DNA of 64,000 bases from Octopus vulgaris (GCA_951406725.2 OX597839.1:5084001-5148000), one strand, 5' to 3'. Counted from the stretch's first letter, positions 27,211 through 42,764 are shown. Numbers and translations: made by a program. Notes: a model not told the origin generated them from the sequence alone.

Positions 27211-27971
27211 ACAGAAATGCATATGTTACTACCTACACCTCTTGTCTATCGCACTATACACACACATACTCATTGTATTTCCTCATCCCCTATTTCGAGA
27301 TCTCTCTCTCTCTCTCTCTCTCTTTTTTTGCTCTCACTATATGTGTCTGTATGCCAGACTGTATTTAGGTTCATATATATATATATTCTCTGACTCACTC
27401 ATAGTCTGTCTCTGATCATCTATATCTCCAGCCCAGTAACACCGATCCTTCGAAACAAAATAATTCCGCCATTGGGACCAAAGAGGCTCACAGGGACATT
27501 TATCTCGAATAATCACCCGTCAGCAAACAACACCACAATGAAAACTGACCCCTGCATCATTCAGCAGCAGCAGCAGTAGTAGCAGCAGTAGCAGCAGCAA
27601 GAACAACAACAACACCATAAGTGTTATCAGCCTCACCCCCACCATCACTACCAACATCAATACCATAATCGTTACAACCACTACCTGTACCACGACGACG
27701 ACCACCACCACCAATACCACTACCCCCACCATCGCCATCATACTTCCATCACCACTACTACCGCCACCACCATCCCTACGATCATAACCATCTCCACCAC
27801 AACCAGCACCAGTCTACTGGTTTCGTTTTATCGAACCGCTAAATTACAGGAACATAAACACACGAACATTGGTTGCGAAGCGGTAATTGGGGACAAACAC
27901 AGACGCACACTCACGGATATATATATATATATATATATAAGAATCCCATCGTATGTGTACATATATATATA

Positions 27972-28165
27972 TAGGGAGAGTTTACGAAAAAAAAAAAAAC
28001 AAAAGACGAAGACAGGTGGTGTACAAAAAAAAACAGATGTATTAGTATAACGCTCAGGAATAGAAAAAGTCTTTTACGTTTCGAGCCTACGCTCTTCTAC
28101 AGAAAGGGACACAGAGAAAAAACAAGGAGAGAAAAAATGTGTGTTGAGGCTAACGATCTATCAGG
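27972..28165 (-). mobile_element. Short repeat family H3 (Penelope-terminus-like) with a minimal HHR at 28071-28106
   Basis: Reverse complement of 48184-48352 and 63829-64000; minus strand CTTT-CTGTAGA-A-GAGC-GTAG-GCTC-GAAA-CG-TA-AAAG; (TA)n-flanked. Confidence 0.75.
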
Positions 28166-28309
28166 ATATATATATATACACATACAACGGGATTCTTTTA
28201 GTTTCCGTCTTCCAAATCCACTCACAAGGTGCTGGAATATCACCTTGAATTTTTTAGTCGAATGAATCAACCCCAGTACTCGTCTATATATATATACATA
28301 TATACATAC

Positions 28310-28359
<50 letters not shown>

Positions 28360-28441
28360 GCATATATATATATATACATATATATATATACATATATATA
28401 TATACATATATATATACATGCATACATATATATACATACAT

Positions 28442-28484
<43 letters not shown>

Positions 28485-28616
28485 ATAAGAGAACCGTACA
28501 ATACACGACAACGACGACTCCATTATGATGATATAATGGCATTGTGGTTATGATGTTAGACTGAAGATTATAATAACGTCGTTCGATTTTAGGATCAGAC
28601 GCCGCGATATGTCCTT

Positions 28617-28848
28617 GGCGGCAAGCTGGCAGAATCGTTAGCATGCCGGGCGAAATGCATAGCTGTATTTCGTCTGCTGTTACGTTCTGAGTTCAAATTC
28701 CGCCGAGGTCGACTTTGCCTTTCATCCTTTCGGGGTCGATTAAATAAGTACCAATTACGCACTGGGGTCGATATAATCGACTTAAATCGTTTGTCTGTCC
28801 TTGTTTGTCCTCTCTGTGTTTAGCCCCTTGTGCGTAGTAAAGAAACAG
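28617..28848 (+). mobile_element. SINE family B, full length
   Basis: GGCGGCAAGCTGGCAGAA...GAGTTCAAATTCC (B-box), core and tail. Confidence 0.88.
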
Positions 28849-29154
28849 ATATGTCATTGGAAACTGGAATTTAAGATGGCACCAGAACTTAACTGAAATT
28901 GAGTACCACCCGAGTAGTGCGGCAGTTCCTTATCTTTCTCCAGTTGTTACATTATCCGATGTGTTTAGCTGACCCCAGGGTAGGAAAGCCAACGAGGAAT
29001 CAAAGTCTGCATGAGAATATATTAGCAGCTAAAACAAGATGGGAAAGTATATTTCACGCTACAATGCCATTTTACTCTGTCTCTCTGTCTGTCTCCCTAC
29101 TTGTCTCTGTTTAAATGTCTGTATGTCTGTCTGTCTGCCTGCCTGCCTGCCTGC

Positions 29155-29190
<36 letters not shown>

Positions 29191-29274
29191 TGCTCTGAAT
29201 CCTTCTCTGACTCTCTCAAAATATCTGTTTTTCTGTCCAGTCTGTCTGTCTATTTGACGGTATGTCTGTCTGTC

Positions 29275-29502
29275 GGCGAGCTGGCAGAATCGTTAGCACG
29301 CCGGGCGAAATGCGCAGCCGTATTTCGTCTGCCGTTACGTTGTGAGTTCAAATTCCGCCGAGGTCGACTTTGCCTTTCATCCTTTCGGGGTCGATAAATT
29401 GAGTACGAGTTACGCACTGAGGTCAATGTAATCGACTTAATCCGTTTGTCTGTCCTTGTTTGTCCCCTCTGTGTTTAGCCCCTTGTGGGTAATAAAGAAA
29501 TA
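29275..29502 (+). mobile_element. SINE family B with 16-bp TSD
   Basis: TSD GGTATGTCTGTCTGTC at 29259-29274 and 29503-29518. Confidence 0.9.
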
Positions 29503-30472
29503 GGTATGTCTGTCTGTCTCTTGCTGTAGTTTATTTTGATGACCATTATCATCATCATAACAATCAACTACTCCAATATAACATAACTACAAACGCTGTT
29601 GATATTGTCTCCCACATTACCAAACATCGCCATGACAACCACCACCACCACCACCACCACCAAAGACAATAACTCTGCTTCTAACAATACTACTATCACA
29701 AACATTACTGACATCTTAATCTCTACCAGAACCAACACTAACATCATTATCAACTTCACCATCACCGCCACCACCATCACCATTAACATAAGGCCGGCAT
29801 CATAACCGCCACGACCATCACCATGACAGCCACCAACAAAGCCAGCATCACCACAATACAAACCTCCACGACCACCATCACTACTACCAACACAGTTCGT
29901 TCCTCCTCCTTCTCACCCTTCAGCCTCCTTATCATCATTATCATCATCATCATCATCATCATCACATGGCAACTACGTCACCAGTTGACACCATATCCCA
30001 GTAAACACAGTGTACACAAACGTAAGAGCCGCTAACCACCACCACCACCACCACAATCACCACCACCACCACCACCACCACCACCACCACCACCACCACC
30101 ACCACCACCACCACCACCACCACCATCTTCAATATCTCCACCCCCACCTCCTAATCTGGCTACAACAGCCAGCATTTCCACAACCATCAACGTCATCCAT
30201 AGCCTGATATCGGTTTGATATCACACAACAATATATACATATGGTGGTGATATCCTTTGTTACAGATACAATGTTACTTAGACGTATGTATCACCAATAT
30301 GGATGACATCGCATCAGCGTAGAGTTATCTCTTATTAACATCGTTCGGTAGTGTACATATGTGTCTACGTTTGTTTGCGTGTATGGATAGGTGTGCTTGT
30401 GAGGGAGCGAGGGAGACGTTGTGTGTGTGTGTGTGTGTGTATATGGCATACATATATAGATATACATACAAC

Positions 30473-30521
<49 letters not shown>

Positions 30522-30808
30522 ATACATTTAAATATACATATATACATACATATATGTATAACTACATAAACACAAATTTATATATTTTATAGATATACAT
30601 ACATATACATAAATACATACATGTATACGTTATGTACATTCATCCATAAATACAAATATACATACATACATACATACATACGAGCATATACGCATACATA
30701 CATATATTTATATATTTCGAACAGTATATCACGAGTCGGTGTATCATTTTTCTTATTCACTCAACCATCGGTGTGTGTGTTGTGTGTGTGTTGTGTGTGT
30801 GTATGTGC

Positions 30809-30873
<65 letters not shown>

Positions 30874-31393
30874 AAGAGAGAAAGAGATAGATAGGAATAT
30901 ATATACATACATACATTCACAAATACATACACACATACATGCACGAGTAAACGCACTCACATATATATACCCACACGCATGCGCGCATGCACACACTGCG
31001 CCGAGATAAAAATCAGACTAGCAGGTTTGTCACAAAAGGCATAACAAAACGAAAACCGAGATATTGTAAAAGATATTAGTCAGGCGTTTAGCAAGGGAGT
31101 TAACTCTTCATCTCTCACCAGCAGCGCAGCTGGTGACATTTTTTTCCCAACGTCCCCAACCTTGCTCTAACATGGATATTACATTTAGCAATCTACTATA
31201 TTACATTTTACACCATGCATTCTCTCTTCCATGATCGCATGCCTCATCTTTTGCTATTACATCATCTCACACAGAGAGTGTCACGCACATACGCATGCCA
31301 GGAAGCGTGCACGCATACTAACATATGCTGGCATGGATATGCGATTATGGATGTATATAAATAAATAATATATATATATATATGCATATATAA

Positions 31394-31453
<60 letters not shown>

Positions 31454-31650
31454 ACATATATTCATATATATATATATATATGTATATTTGTGTGTATGTA
31501 TATATGACTATATATATATCAATATATATGCGGATATATATATATATGTGTGTGTGCGTAAATGCATATATATGTATATATATGTTTATATATACATATA
31601 TAAATGTATGTTTATACATATATACACATATATAAATACATACATATATC

Positions 31651-31740
<90 letters not shown>

Positions 31741-31793
31741 GTATACATATATTCATATATATATATATATGTATATTTGTGTGTATGTATATA

Positions 31794-31838
<45 letters not shown>

Positions 31839-31984
31839 GAATATATATATGTGTGTGTGCGTAAATGCATATATATGTATATATATGTTTATATATACAT
31901 ATATAAATGTATGTTTATACATATATACACATATATAAATACATACATATATCTATACATATATATATATACATATATATATAT

Positions 31985-32035
<51 letters not shown>

Positions 32036-32071
32036 ACAGAATATGAATCATATACATATGTATTATTTGCG

Positions 32072-32103
<32 letters not shown>

Positions 32104-32145
32104 CATACACATATATACACACACACAAGCACTTTTCTATATATC

Positions 32146-32200
<55 letters not shown>

Positions 32201-32637
32201 AGAGAGTGAGAGAGAGAGAGAACGAGAGACCCACTTACACATATATGCTCGTACCTGTTTTGCCCATATATATGCGTGTGTGCTTGTGTGTATACATCTA
32301 AATATATTCCTACGTGTCCGCATCCTATTAACACTAATATCTGACTAATCGAATCATATGATCACTTGTCACTGATTTGGTGTGAAGACATCCGCGTGGA
32401 ATCCATGTTTGATTGTCGTCTACACATATTTTTCCTTGCACATTTATATGTTCTGTGTGTGGACTCTATCATGAGCGTATAAGTTTCTACAAGTCCAACG
32501 ATTAATCTACACATCCACAGACACACACGCAAACAAGCATATATAAGCAGTACCTATTCACATGATCTCAGATCAAGTCACTCGCTTTGCAAGTACATCT
32601 CCCTATATATATACATATATATACATATATATATATA

Positions 32638-32778
32638 ATAAAAATAAGCAACAAGGATATTCTTGTAGCTTATTTTCATTATAATCACCCCATTTTGAAT
32701 TATACGGATAACACCATACTAAATTCTGGTACCTTTAACTAAAGTACCATATTCAACTGAATCTACATTTTACTGAAC
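32638..32778 (+). mobile_element. Minimal H1 element (short hairpin plus tail, ribozyme lost)
   Basis: AAAATAAGCAACAAG/CTTGTAGCTTATTTT hairpin, then ATTATAATCACCCC..ACCATAC.AAATTCTGGT..AAGTACCATATT as at 21141-21214. Confidence 0.7.
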
Positions 32779-32967
32779 TTATATATAAACAAGGGTACAC
32801 AATATCACAAACATTGCTAGAAATAGGACTAAAAAACAACTCGAGTCCAATGGTGGTACTATTTTGTACTGTTTTTTATCCTTGTTTATTAATTTGCCTA
32901 TATATTTGCCTTGTATATATATATATATATATACAATATTAAATAATGTATATATATATATACACAT

Positions 32968-33675
32968 ACATGCATATATGGATACAGGATATCACCAACG
33001 GTTCAAACAACAGGAAACAAACGAGTTAAATACGTACTCAACGAGAAGAAAATGGAAAACAGGACAAGTAAACACAGAGAAAGGACCCTTCATCAGTCGT
33101 CGGCTGTCTATCTTCTCATTTCGAGCATTCAACGACAATATGAGTCTTCAAAGAGAGTTGCTTCCATAAATTCTAAAATAAAATTTAGGAACAAAAACAT
33201 GACAGTAGATACATATAAGGTAACCGAACGAAAACAAACATGGATGCTCGTTAGATTAGAGCGAGAGGAATATAGTGAACGCCGTGGAGAAATATTTGTT
33301 TGAAAAGAGAAAAGCTAGAATAGAGAGAAAAATGTCCGTTCTTTTGAACGTCCGTACAGGAAAAGAAAGACAGTTACGTGAAGAAAAGAAAGACGGACGT
33401 CGGTCACGTTTGAGCAATGAGTGAGAGGGAGAGGGAAATGGATGCGTAGCGTTCAATTGAATATTAACTATTAAATCTCTATAGAATTTACGAAGCAACT
33501 GACTTTGAAGACTTATATTATCGTTGAATCCTCGAAATCAGGAGTAGATAGACAGCCGACAACTCATGAAGGGTTCTTTCTCTGTGTTTACTTGTCTTGT
33601 CCTCCATTTTCTCGTTGTTTACGTATTTCATGTTGCTTGAACCGTTGGTGACGTCCTGTACCATACATACATGTG
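32968..33675. mobile_element. Diverged fold-back element (about 200-bp arms, about 300-bp spacer)
   Basis: TACAGGATATCACCAACGGTTCAA / TTGAACCGTTGGTGACGTCCTGTA and GTCGGCTGTCTATCT / AGATAGACAGCCGAC are inverted; TA-flanked. Confidence 0.7.
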
Positions 33676-33757
33676 CGTGTCTATATATATATATATAGTA
33701 TATATAAGATGTAATATATACTATTTAATTGAACGCGACGCATCCATTTCCAAGTAG

Positions 33758-33837
<80 letters not shown>

Positions 33838-34231
33838 GACACACACACGCACACGTACAGACATATATATGTATGTATGTTTCTATGTGTGTGTCTGTGT
33901 ATACATGTATAATAAATCCTCTTATAACTAATTATTATCAACAGCAGGTTAACTCGTTGTATAGAAATCATTATGTAGGTTTCTAGCGTTGCCGTTTCAA
34001 TATTTCGATGTCTGTTATCGGTTTGTACTCTGCAGCTCCAATGGGAAACGAAGCACTTTTGGGAAGATTGTGACGAGCCGGTAAATATTCCATATCCGCT
34101 CCTCGTTAAAGACTCATCTATCCATCCATCCATCCATCCAACCAACGCTACAACTGCCTATCCAATTAGCGAAGTCCCTCCTTCTTACATTCCGTCCTTC
34201 CTTTCCTCAATTTACTCTCCGTCTGTATGTG

Positions 34232-34359
<128 letters not shown>

Positions 34360-34364
34360 GTATG

Positions 34365-34466
<102 letters not shown>

Positions 34467-34947
34467 ATATATATATTTTTATTTATATATATGTATGTAT
34501 GTATGCATGTATGTATATGTGTGTGTGTCTCCGTATTTTTTTCCAACATTACTATAGCCCTAAGGTATTTAACGCCAACTGACCATAACAGCATAATGTA
34601 GTAGTAGGGAAGATAATAATTCTTAGACGGATCAGTTGGCAAATATGCATAAATCGCTACAAGATCAGCTATCGTTTTATTTCTATATCGCTATGGTAAC
34701 AGATTGAAATATATCGGCAATCACTGGAGCATGAGATTGGAATATGATTATCAATCGGATTTCACTGGAATGAACCAGTCCGCTCACCGGTCTGACCTCG
34801 GTTAAAAGCTCAGTTGCATATTTGACAATGATTGAGAGAAATAATGTAGGCTCTGATACTTGACGGTCGATCGGATTCGTCACATATATGAGTGTGTGTG
34901 TGTGCTTTTATGTATATGTAAGTAGTACATGTATATTACGCATATAT

Positions 34948-35000
<53 letters not shown>

Positions 35001-35064
35001 CATATACATACATACATATATGGGGGCAAGTCGTATGTATACGCACATATACGCTTCTGAGTGT

Positions 35065-35133
<69 letters not shown>

Positions 35134-35243
35134 ATACACTAAATATATATATATATGTATATATATATAATTATATTTAATATAGTGCTTTATATGTCAT
35201 AGGATATAGCTCTATAGACACATACATACACACACAAACATAA

Positions 35244-35283
<40 letters not shown>

Positions 35284-35317
35284 GTACAAGTATGTATATA
35301 TATATATATATTTTTTT

Positions 35318-35520
35318 TTTTCTGTTATTTGTTTCAGTCATTTGACTGCTGCCATGCTTGAGAATAGTTTTAAGTCGGACAAACTGAACCTAGGACTTAT
35401 TCTTTGTAAGCCTAATACTTATTTTATCGCTGTCTTTAGTAGGAATCGTTAAGTTACAGGGACGTAAACTCACTAACTTCGGTTGTCAAGCGATGTTGCG
35501 GGGAGAAACACAGATACACA
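35318..35520 (-). mobile_element. SINE family C, 3' half
   Basis: Matches 23740-23945. Confidence 0.75.
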
Positions 35521-35616
35521 AATACATACACACACACACACACACACACATACACATATATGAATATATATATATATACATATATATAGATGTGAATAAC
35601 ACCTGCGTTTAACTCC

Positions 35617-35650
<34 letters not shown>

Positions 35651-35664
35651 GACGTGCATCTTTC

Positions 35665-35790
35665 ACGGAGCCTTGTGGAGCTTTAGGAGTTTTCGCTCAA
35701 TAAACACACACAACACCCGGTCTGGGAATCGAAACCGCGATCCTCCGACCACGAGTCCGCTGCCTTAACCACTGGGCCATTGCGCCTCCA
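35665..35790 (-). mobile_element. SINE family A head
   Basis: Reverse complement of 551-675. Confidence 0.8.
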
Positions 35791-36312
35791 CTGCTGCTGC
35801 TGTTGCTGCAGATGGTGGTGTTAATGTTGTTACTGCTGTTGCTGCTATTGCTGTTGTTGTTAAGCAACAAGACAGGTAAAAGTGATTAGGTGATGATCAA
35901 GGGTTAGGGGCAGAATACCCCAGACCTTAAAAAAAAAAAAAAACTTTGGTCGTCTTGTTGTTGTCGAGGGCTCTTCGTTGACGTCCGACACCATTGGGAG
36001 GAAATGGAGATCTCCAGATCCAAATTCTTGAACGGCTGCTGCTGCTGCTGCTGATGATGATGATGGTGATGCCGATGATAATGAGATGATGATGATAACC
36101 ACGACGCCGATGAAATTATTGATTATAATTAAGAAGAGGAGGATTAAGAGATGGACAACTGTGACTGAAAAAGTTTTGGGATTCCTATAACCGAAAGCCA
36201 GCTATACACCCCCCACACACATACTACAGTACATTACTAATTAACTACCTACTTATATATACATAAATAACTATCTATATACCAGTCTACATACATTTCT
36301 ACCTATATACAT

Positions 36313-36350
<38 letters not shown>

Positions 36351-36639
36351 GACATGTATGCAGATGCACATATGTATGTACACATATAATATATAATTAT
36401 ACAAAATGCGTTGATATATGTAACCACAAGCATGGAAAGATTCATAAATTTGTACATAAAATACAGACACACAAACATACATACATATATGTATATATAT
36501 ATATATAAATATATATATATACATACATATATAAACATATATATGCATTTATCTATCTATCTCTATATATATATATATACATAATCATATACATATATAT
36601 ATACATAGTTATATGCATATGCATATATATATATGTATG

Positions 36640-36676
<37 letters not shown>

Positions 36677-36748
36677 TTAGGAAGAGGGAAGCAAAACCAA
36701 GGAAGGACAAGCTTATCAGATGTTATATGTATATATATATATATATAT

Positions 36749-36825
<77 letters not shown>

Positions 36826-37059
36826 TAAGTCGGGCAGAAAGAGATAAAGCATTTTAAATATAATTTCGATCAGTTTTTTCCTCTTCCTCATTTACAATTT
36901 TTGCTGCTCGTCTCTGTATTTATTTATTATTGCTATTTCACGTTTTAACCCATTAACAGCAGCCAGTCTTTGTTTAAAATAATCCTCTGCAGGGTTAATT
37001 GAATAATGGAATGTGTACACAAAAACTCACATATCTATCTATCTATCTATCTATCTAAC

Positions 37060-37103
<44 letters not shown>

Positions 37104-37143
37104 ATATATATATCTAACTAACCTATCTATATATCTAACTAAC

Positions 37144-37212
<69 letters not shown>

Positions 37213-37673
37213 AACCTACCTACCTGCCTGCCTACCAACCTATCTATCTATCTATCTATCTATCTATCAACCTACCTACCTGCCTGCCTACCAACCTACC
37301 TACCTATCTATCTAGCTAGCTAGCTGTCTGTCTGCCTCTCTCCTTCTCTCTCTATCATTTATCTATCTATCTGTCTATTTATCCGTCTATATACCTACGT
37401 ACATACATAAGCATACATACTCACTTACACCCACACACTCATATACATACAGACACCCATATACGTGTGTTTCTGTGTTGCTATGTCTGTTCTTGTTGGC
37501 ATAAACACCTGTGTATATGTATATGTATGTATAAACAGATACTAAAATACATATGTTGACGTGTGTATAAGCGCTTAAGTGCAAACAAGAGGGAGGATAG
37601 CGTGTTGTTAATATTAAAAATAGAAAATTATATATTAATTTACAATTTAACAATTTTGCTTCCTGTTTTCCTA

Positions 37674-37836
37674 TGCGTAGGAGTGGTTGTGTGGTAAGTA
37701 CCTTGCTTACCAACCTCATGGTTCCGGGTTCAGTCCCACTGCGTGGCACCTTGGGCAAGTACCTTCTGCTATAGCCTCGGCCCGACCAAAGCCTTGTGAG
37801 TGGATTTGGTAGACGGAAACTGAAAGAAGCCCGTCG

Positions 37837-37894
<58 letters not shown>

Positions 37895-38022
37895 TGTTTG
37901 TGTGTCTGTTTGTCCCCCTAACATCGCTTGACAACCGATGCTAGTGTGTTTACGTCTCCGTAACTTAGCGGTTCGGCAAAAGAGACCGATAGAATAAGTA
38001 CTAGGCTTACAAAGAATAAGTA
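37674..38022 (+). mobile_element. SINE family C, 3'-truncated
   Basis: Collinear with 58284-58608, including the internal (TA)n(TG)n. Confidence 0.85.
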
Positions 38023-38163
38023 TTTTTTCAAGTCAACATAAATATCAAATACCTTCAAATGATTCAAAATGGTGGTGTGCCCCAATCACCAGTTAATGTA
38101 AGGAAGAGTATCATTTATAGATTAATCTTCACCAACACCACCACCACCATCACTACCACTACC

Positions 38164-38194
<31 letters not shown>

Positions 38195-38199
38195 CCAAC

Positions 38200-38230
<31 letters not shown>

Positions 38231-38949
38231 CCAGCAACATCAACAACAACAACAATTATAGCAGTACCGACACCACCATATACAACGACTAACGCCACTA
38301 CAACCACTAACAACCAGAACCACAACCACAACTACAACCAAACTACCACCAACCAACCAACCAACCAACCAACCAACCAGCACCACTAACGCCATCAGCA
38401 CCGCCACCACTGCCACCACTGCCGCCACCGCCGCCACCATTACTAACATTTATAGTGTTTTCTCAATGACATCTCCATTATGTTATTAAATTCTTCGCTG
38501 TTACATCAATCTGGGAGAGACGAAGTGAGGAATTGGTAAAAAAAACAAACAAACAAAAAATACAAACAGAAGCAAAAAACACAAACAACAATAAACGATA
38601 TGTATCTCACCCCCACCCCCACCCCGTCCACCGCAGAACAAGCTATCCGCCAAACCCCCACATCACTCCACTCACATAAATTGTTGGGGGTTGGAGAGTG
38701 AATTAAATAATTAGAAACAAAAATCATCATCATAATCATCATCATCAGCAGCAGCAGCAGCATAGAAGCAGAAGAAGCAGTAGCAGCAGCAGTAGTAGCA
38801 CTGCTGGCAACAGTAGTGATACCAGGTGCAACGACAGCGCTATAATCGTGGCCATCATAATCGCCGTCATCATCATCATCGTCGTCATTATCGTCGTCAT
38901 GGTGACCATCATCATTAGCAGCAGCAGCACCGTAATTGCTATCATGGAC

Positions 38950-39039
38950 ATAATAATAATAATAATAATAATGATAAAAATAATAATGATAATAATAATA
39001 ATAATAATAATGATAATAATAATAATGATAATAATAATG

Positions 39040-39113
<74 letters not shown>

Positions 39114-39180
39114 AATAATAATGATATTGATGATGATGATAATAATAATAATATAAATATGATAATAATAATAATAAATA

Positions 39181-39215
<35 letters not shown>

Positions 39216-39274
39216 TAATAATAATAATGATAATGATGATGATGATAATAATGATAATGATAATAATAATAATG

Positions 39275-39305
<31 letters not shown>

Positions 39306-39387
39306 TAATAATAATAATAATAATGATATTGATGATGATGATAATAATAATAATGATAATGATGATGATGATAATAATAATAATATA

Positions 39388-39436
<49 letters not shown>

Positions 39437-39520
39437 GTAATACTAATAATAATAATAATAATAATGATAATAATAATAATAATAATAATAATGATAATAA
39501 TAATAATGATGATGATGATA

Positions 39521-39551
<31 letters not shown>

Positions 39552-39562
39552 TGATGATGATA

Positions 39563-39593
<31 letters not shown>

Positions 39594-39622
39594 TAATGAT
39601 GATGATGATGATAATGATGATA
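38950..39622. repeat. Long (AAT)n/(GAT)n microsatellite
   Basis: Read directly; explains the poly-Ile/Tyr ORFs. Confidence 0.95.
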
Positions 39623-39887
39623 ATCCCTTCTATAAAAGGCACAAGGCCTGAATTTGGTGGGAGGGGGCCAGTCGGTCAGATCTACCCAGAAAGGATGAAA
39701 GGCAAAATCGACTGGTGGAATTTGAACTCAGATCATAAAGACAAGCGAAATGCCGCTAAGCATTTCGTCCGGCATACTACTGTATTAGCCATCTCGCTAG
39801 CCCGCTATGAGGATTTTTTCTTTTCCAGCCGTCTAATCTGTTGTGCGTATATGAATAATAATAAAAATAAAAATAATAATAATAATC

Positions 39888-39939
<52 letters not shown>

Positions 39940-40139
39940 GACTGATTGGAAGTGTTATCATGTACATTGTATTGTCTTGGTATAAAAGATGGGCTACAAC
40001 AAATATTCTGCTCATTAGAAAGTGGGTAATTAACCAAAAGAGGTAATTGTCCTAGGGAGTAGTTGTCGTCTGGGAGAATTGTCTTATGGGTGTAATTGTC
40101 CTAGAGGTTAATTGTCCTAATACGCGTTGAGTACTTGAA

Positions 40140-41100
40140 ATGCAATAAACTCAAGAGCCATATCTGTGATTAGGTTGGGCGTAGGAAAAACTTAACGTAC
40201 ACAAAAATTAACAACAAAAAAAAAAACAAGGAAGATTCTGACAATCTACAGGACCTTACAGCCACTGGCAGATGTTGAAGGATTATATTTCAATGAAAAT
40301 GGTAGCCGAGGAGAAATGGTAAACATAGAAAACTTTAGAAGTAGAAATTTAGATTTTAAAGCACTACGTTGGTGATAGCAGAGAGTTGCTTTTCACAGAA
40401 GAGAAGATTTATTGGTTAAAGGTAAAGAAAAAGATGAATTTTATGGAAATAGAAAGCAAGTATACGATATGGAATGTTTATATAAAAAAAACTTTATTTA
40501 GAGAACTAAAGGCTACCGGTATTAGACATTAATTCAATGATTAAAGACGGGAATTTCTATATATAAACGGCAAAATGTCTGTGTGTGTGTCCTTTATACA
40601 AATCCACAATTTTTCAGTTAGAAGGCTCGTACTTTCTATGGTCATTTAAAACCGTCCAAGGGTGGTCGTGCATATCTTTACATTTCCCCAGTCAGCCAGC
40701 AAAGCGATTAAAAAATCAATAGAAGTGACTTTTTTGTGAATTTTCTATCCAAAACCCAATCAAAATGCCCGAAACTTGATACGCCAATTGAAAGCTTGCT
40801 AGCTGTATGTGATTATTCAGAGATTTGGACAGTACTCGCGTGTATGTGCCCACGCACACAGCTGTATATGCATGCACTAGCACTATGACCCGGCAACGGA
40901 AATGTAAAGCTGTGTACGACCAACCTTGGATGATTTTGAATGACCATAGAAAGTGCGAGCCCTCTAAATAAAGGGACAGAGGGATTTATACTTGTAACCA
41001 GAACAAGATACATCATGAAGTACTAGATAAAGAAGGCAAACCAAATGAATGCAGAATAAGTGGTGAAAGAGAAGAGACAGTTGAGTCTGAGAGAGACAAG
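40140..41100 (+). mobile_element. Highly decayed Dong/R4-type (RLE) LINE fragment interrupted by a Helitron
   Basis: Hand translation gives AINSRAISVIRLGVG (40142), LQPLADVEGLYFNENGSRGEMVNIE, LKTG | NKGTEGFIL and ECRISGEREETVE, resembling R4-clade AIN..AV.VIRY, HP.ADV.RLY..GGRGL.NIE, ETEGF and CR.CG..EETV.H. Confidence 0.65.
40556..40963 (+). mobile_element. Helitron-like element ending in an inverted copy of its own 5' region
   Basis: 5' TCTATATATAAACGGCAAAATGTCTGTGTGT; CCCGGCAACG near 40889; about 40900-40965 is inverted to about 40620-40686. Confidence 0.6.
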
Positions 41101-41412
41101 ATAAATGACTCGGAGGAAGTTACATGAATGCTGAATGTAAAATTCTTAATTGGAGGGTCAATAAAAATTGGAGATCTACCTAGGCTGGGTCTCCGTGTAA
41201 ATAGTTTTATCTGGTGTTGACTCAAGAAATATAAAAGAGAACAAGATAGATGATGCTGCTGGTGGTGATTCTGACAGTATTTTTGGTGGTAGTGTTGGCG
41301 GTAATGGTGATGGCTCGTGGTGAAGGAGGTGGTAGAATTGATGGTTATCGAGGTCCCTAAAATAGATGAATTAGTGAAGATATTGCGATAATGATAGAAG
41401 TCATTATAACTA

Positions 41413-41452
<40 letters not shown>

Positions 41453-41819
41453 TATATATATATATGTATATCCATTTGTTGTCACGTGCTTTCCATTAAT
41501 TACAATAACAGCATTCCTCACATGTTAACTTAAACCATACACAATCAACCTACAAAACCAACAAATTGAATCACACACGAATGCATATATATAAATACAT
41601 ATATATACGTATATATATTAATAATAGATATATATATATATTAATAATAAATATATATATATATATATATATATTTGTATATACATATTTGTATATATGA
41701 TTATACATGCATATATATATATATATTTATATATACATATTTGTATATATGATTATACATGCATATGTATATATATATTTATATATATGTATATACATAT
41801 TTGTATATATGATTATACA

Positions 41820-41853
<34 letters not shown>

Positions 41854-42419
41854 AGGGAAATAACTATGTGGACACCCATATGCTAGAAATAGATCCGCTA
41901 CGGTCTCACCACTAAGAAATGATCTCAAGAAAAATTTAGCAAAACAACCAAAACGTAATCGAGCAAGACAAAAGAAAAAGTAATAAATATATGGATTATA
42001 TATAAAAATAAAAATAAATAAATAAGTAATAAAAATAAAAATCATATATATATATATATATATATAAACTTATTGAAATATCTAAACGCCTGTAGCTGAG
42101 CTGGATGTTTGATGATGCATTTTGCTAATAGCTAGGACGAGATCGAATCTGGAAATATACGTAAATTCTAATATATATGCATTGGAAATCTAAATATAAT
42201 TTGCAACGCAAACACAATCAACGCAAAACTGATGTCTTCACACTGATATATCAATTAGTTGCCGAACTGTGGACAGACTATACTTATTCATACATATATG
42301 TCCGCACATATATAAACATATACTTATACACTATTACTATCTCTATATATAAAATATATTAATATAAATACCTGTATAAATATAAATATAAATATAAATA
42401 TAAATATAAATATAAATGA

Positions 42420-42476
<57 letters not shown>

Positions 42477-42512
42477 CACAGACACACAGATATATGTATG
42501 CATACATGTATG

Positions 42513-42547
<35 letters not shown>

Positions 42548-42730
42548 ATGAACCCAAATACATTCATTTTCATTAATGTAAGTGATATTGTACGTGCATG
42601 TTCTTAAAATATTTGTATTTCTTTATAGAGAAAAATGTGTGTGTGTGTGTATATATTTATGTATATATATATATATATATATATATGTTTATATTTATAT
42701 GCACATATATATATATATAACACAAATACG

Positions 42731-42764
<34 letters not shown>

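Noticed and set aside
31488-32348. 286-aa YI-rich ORF and the many similar ORFs
   Set aside because: (TA)n/(CA)n translation artefacts.
33086-33135. Permuted hammerhead around CTGATGA (minus strand)
   Set aside because: Stem I does not pair and stem III is inconsistent between the arms.
38506-39642. 378-aa poly-Ile ORF
   Set aside because: (ATT)n microsatellite.
40022-40122. AATTGTCC-repeat cluster as a MITE end
   Set aside because: Only one side is visible and there is no TSD; too little to call.
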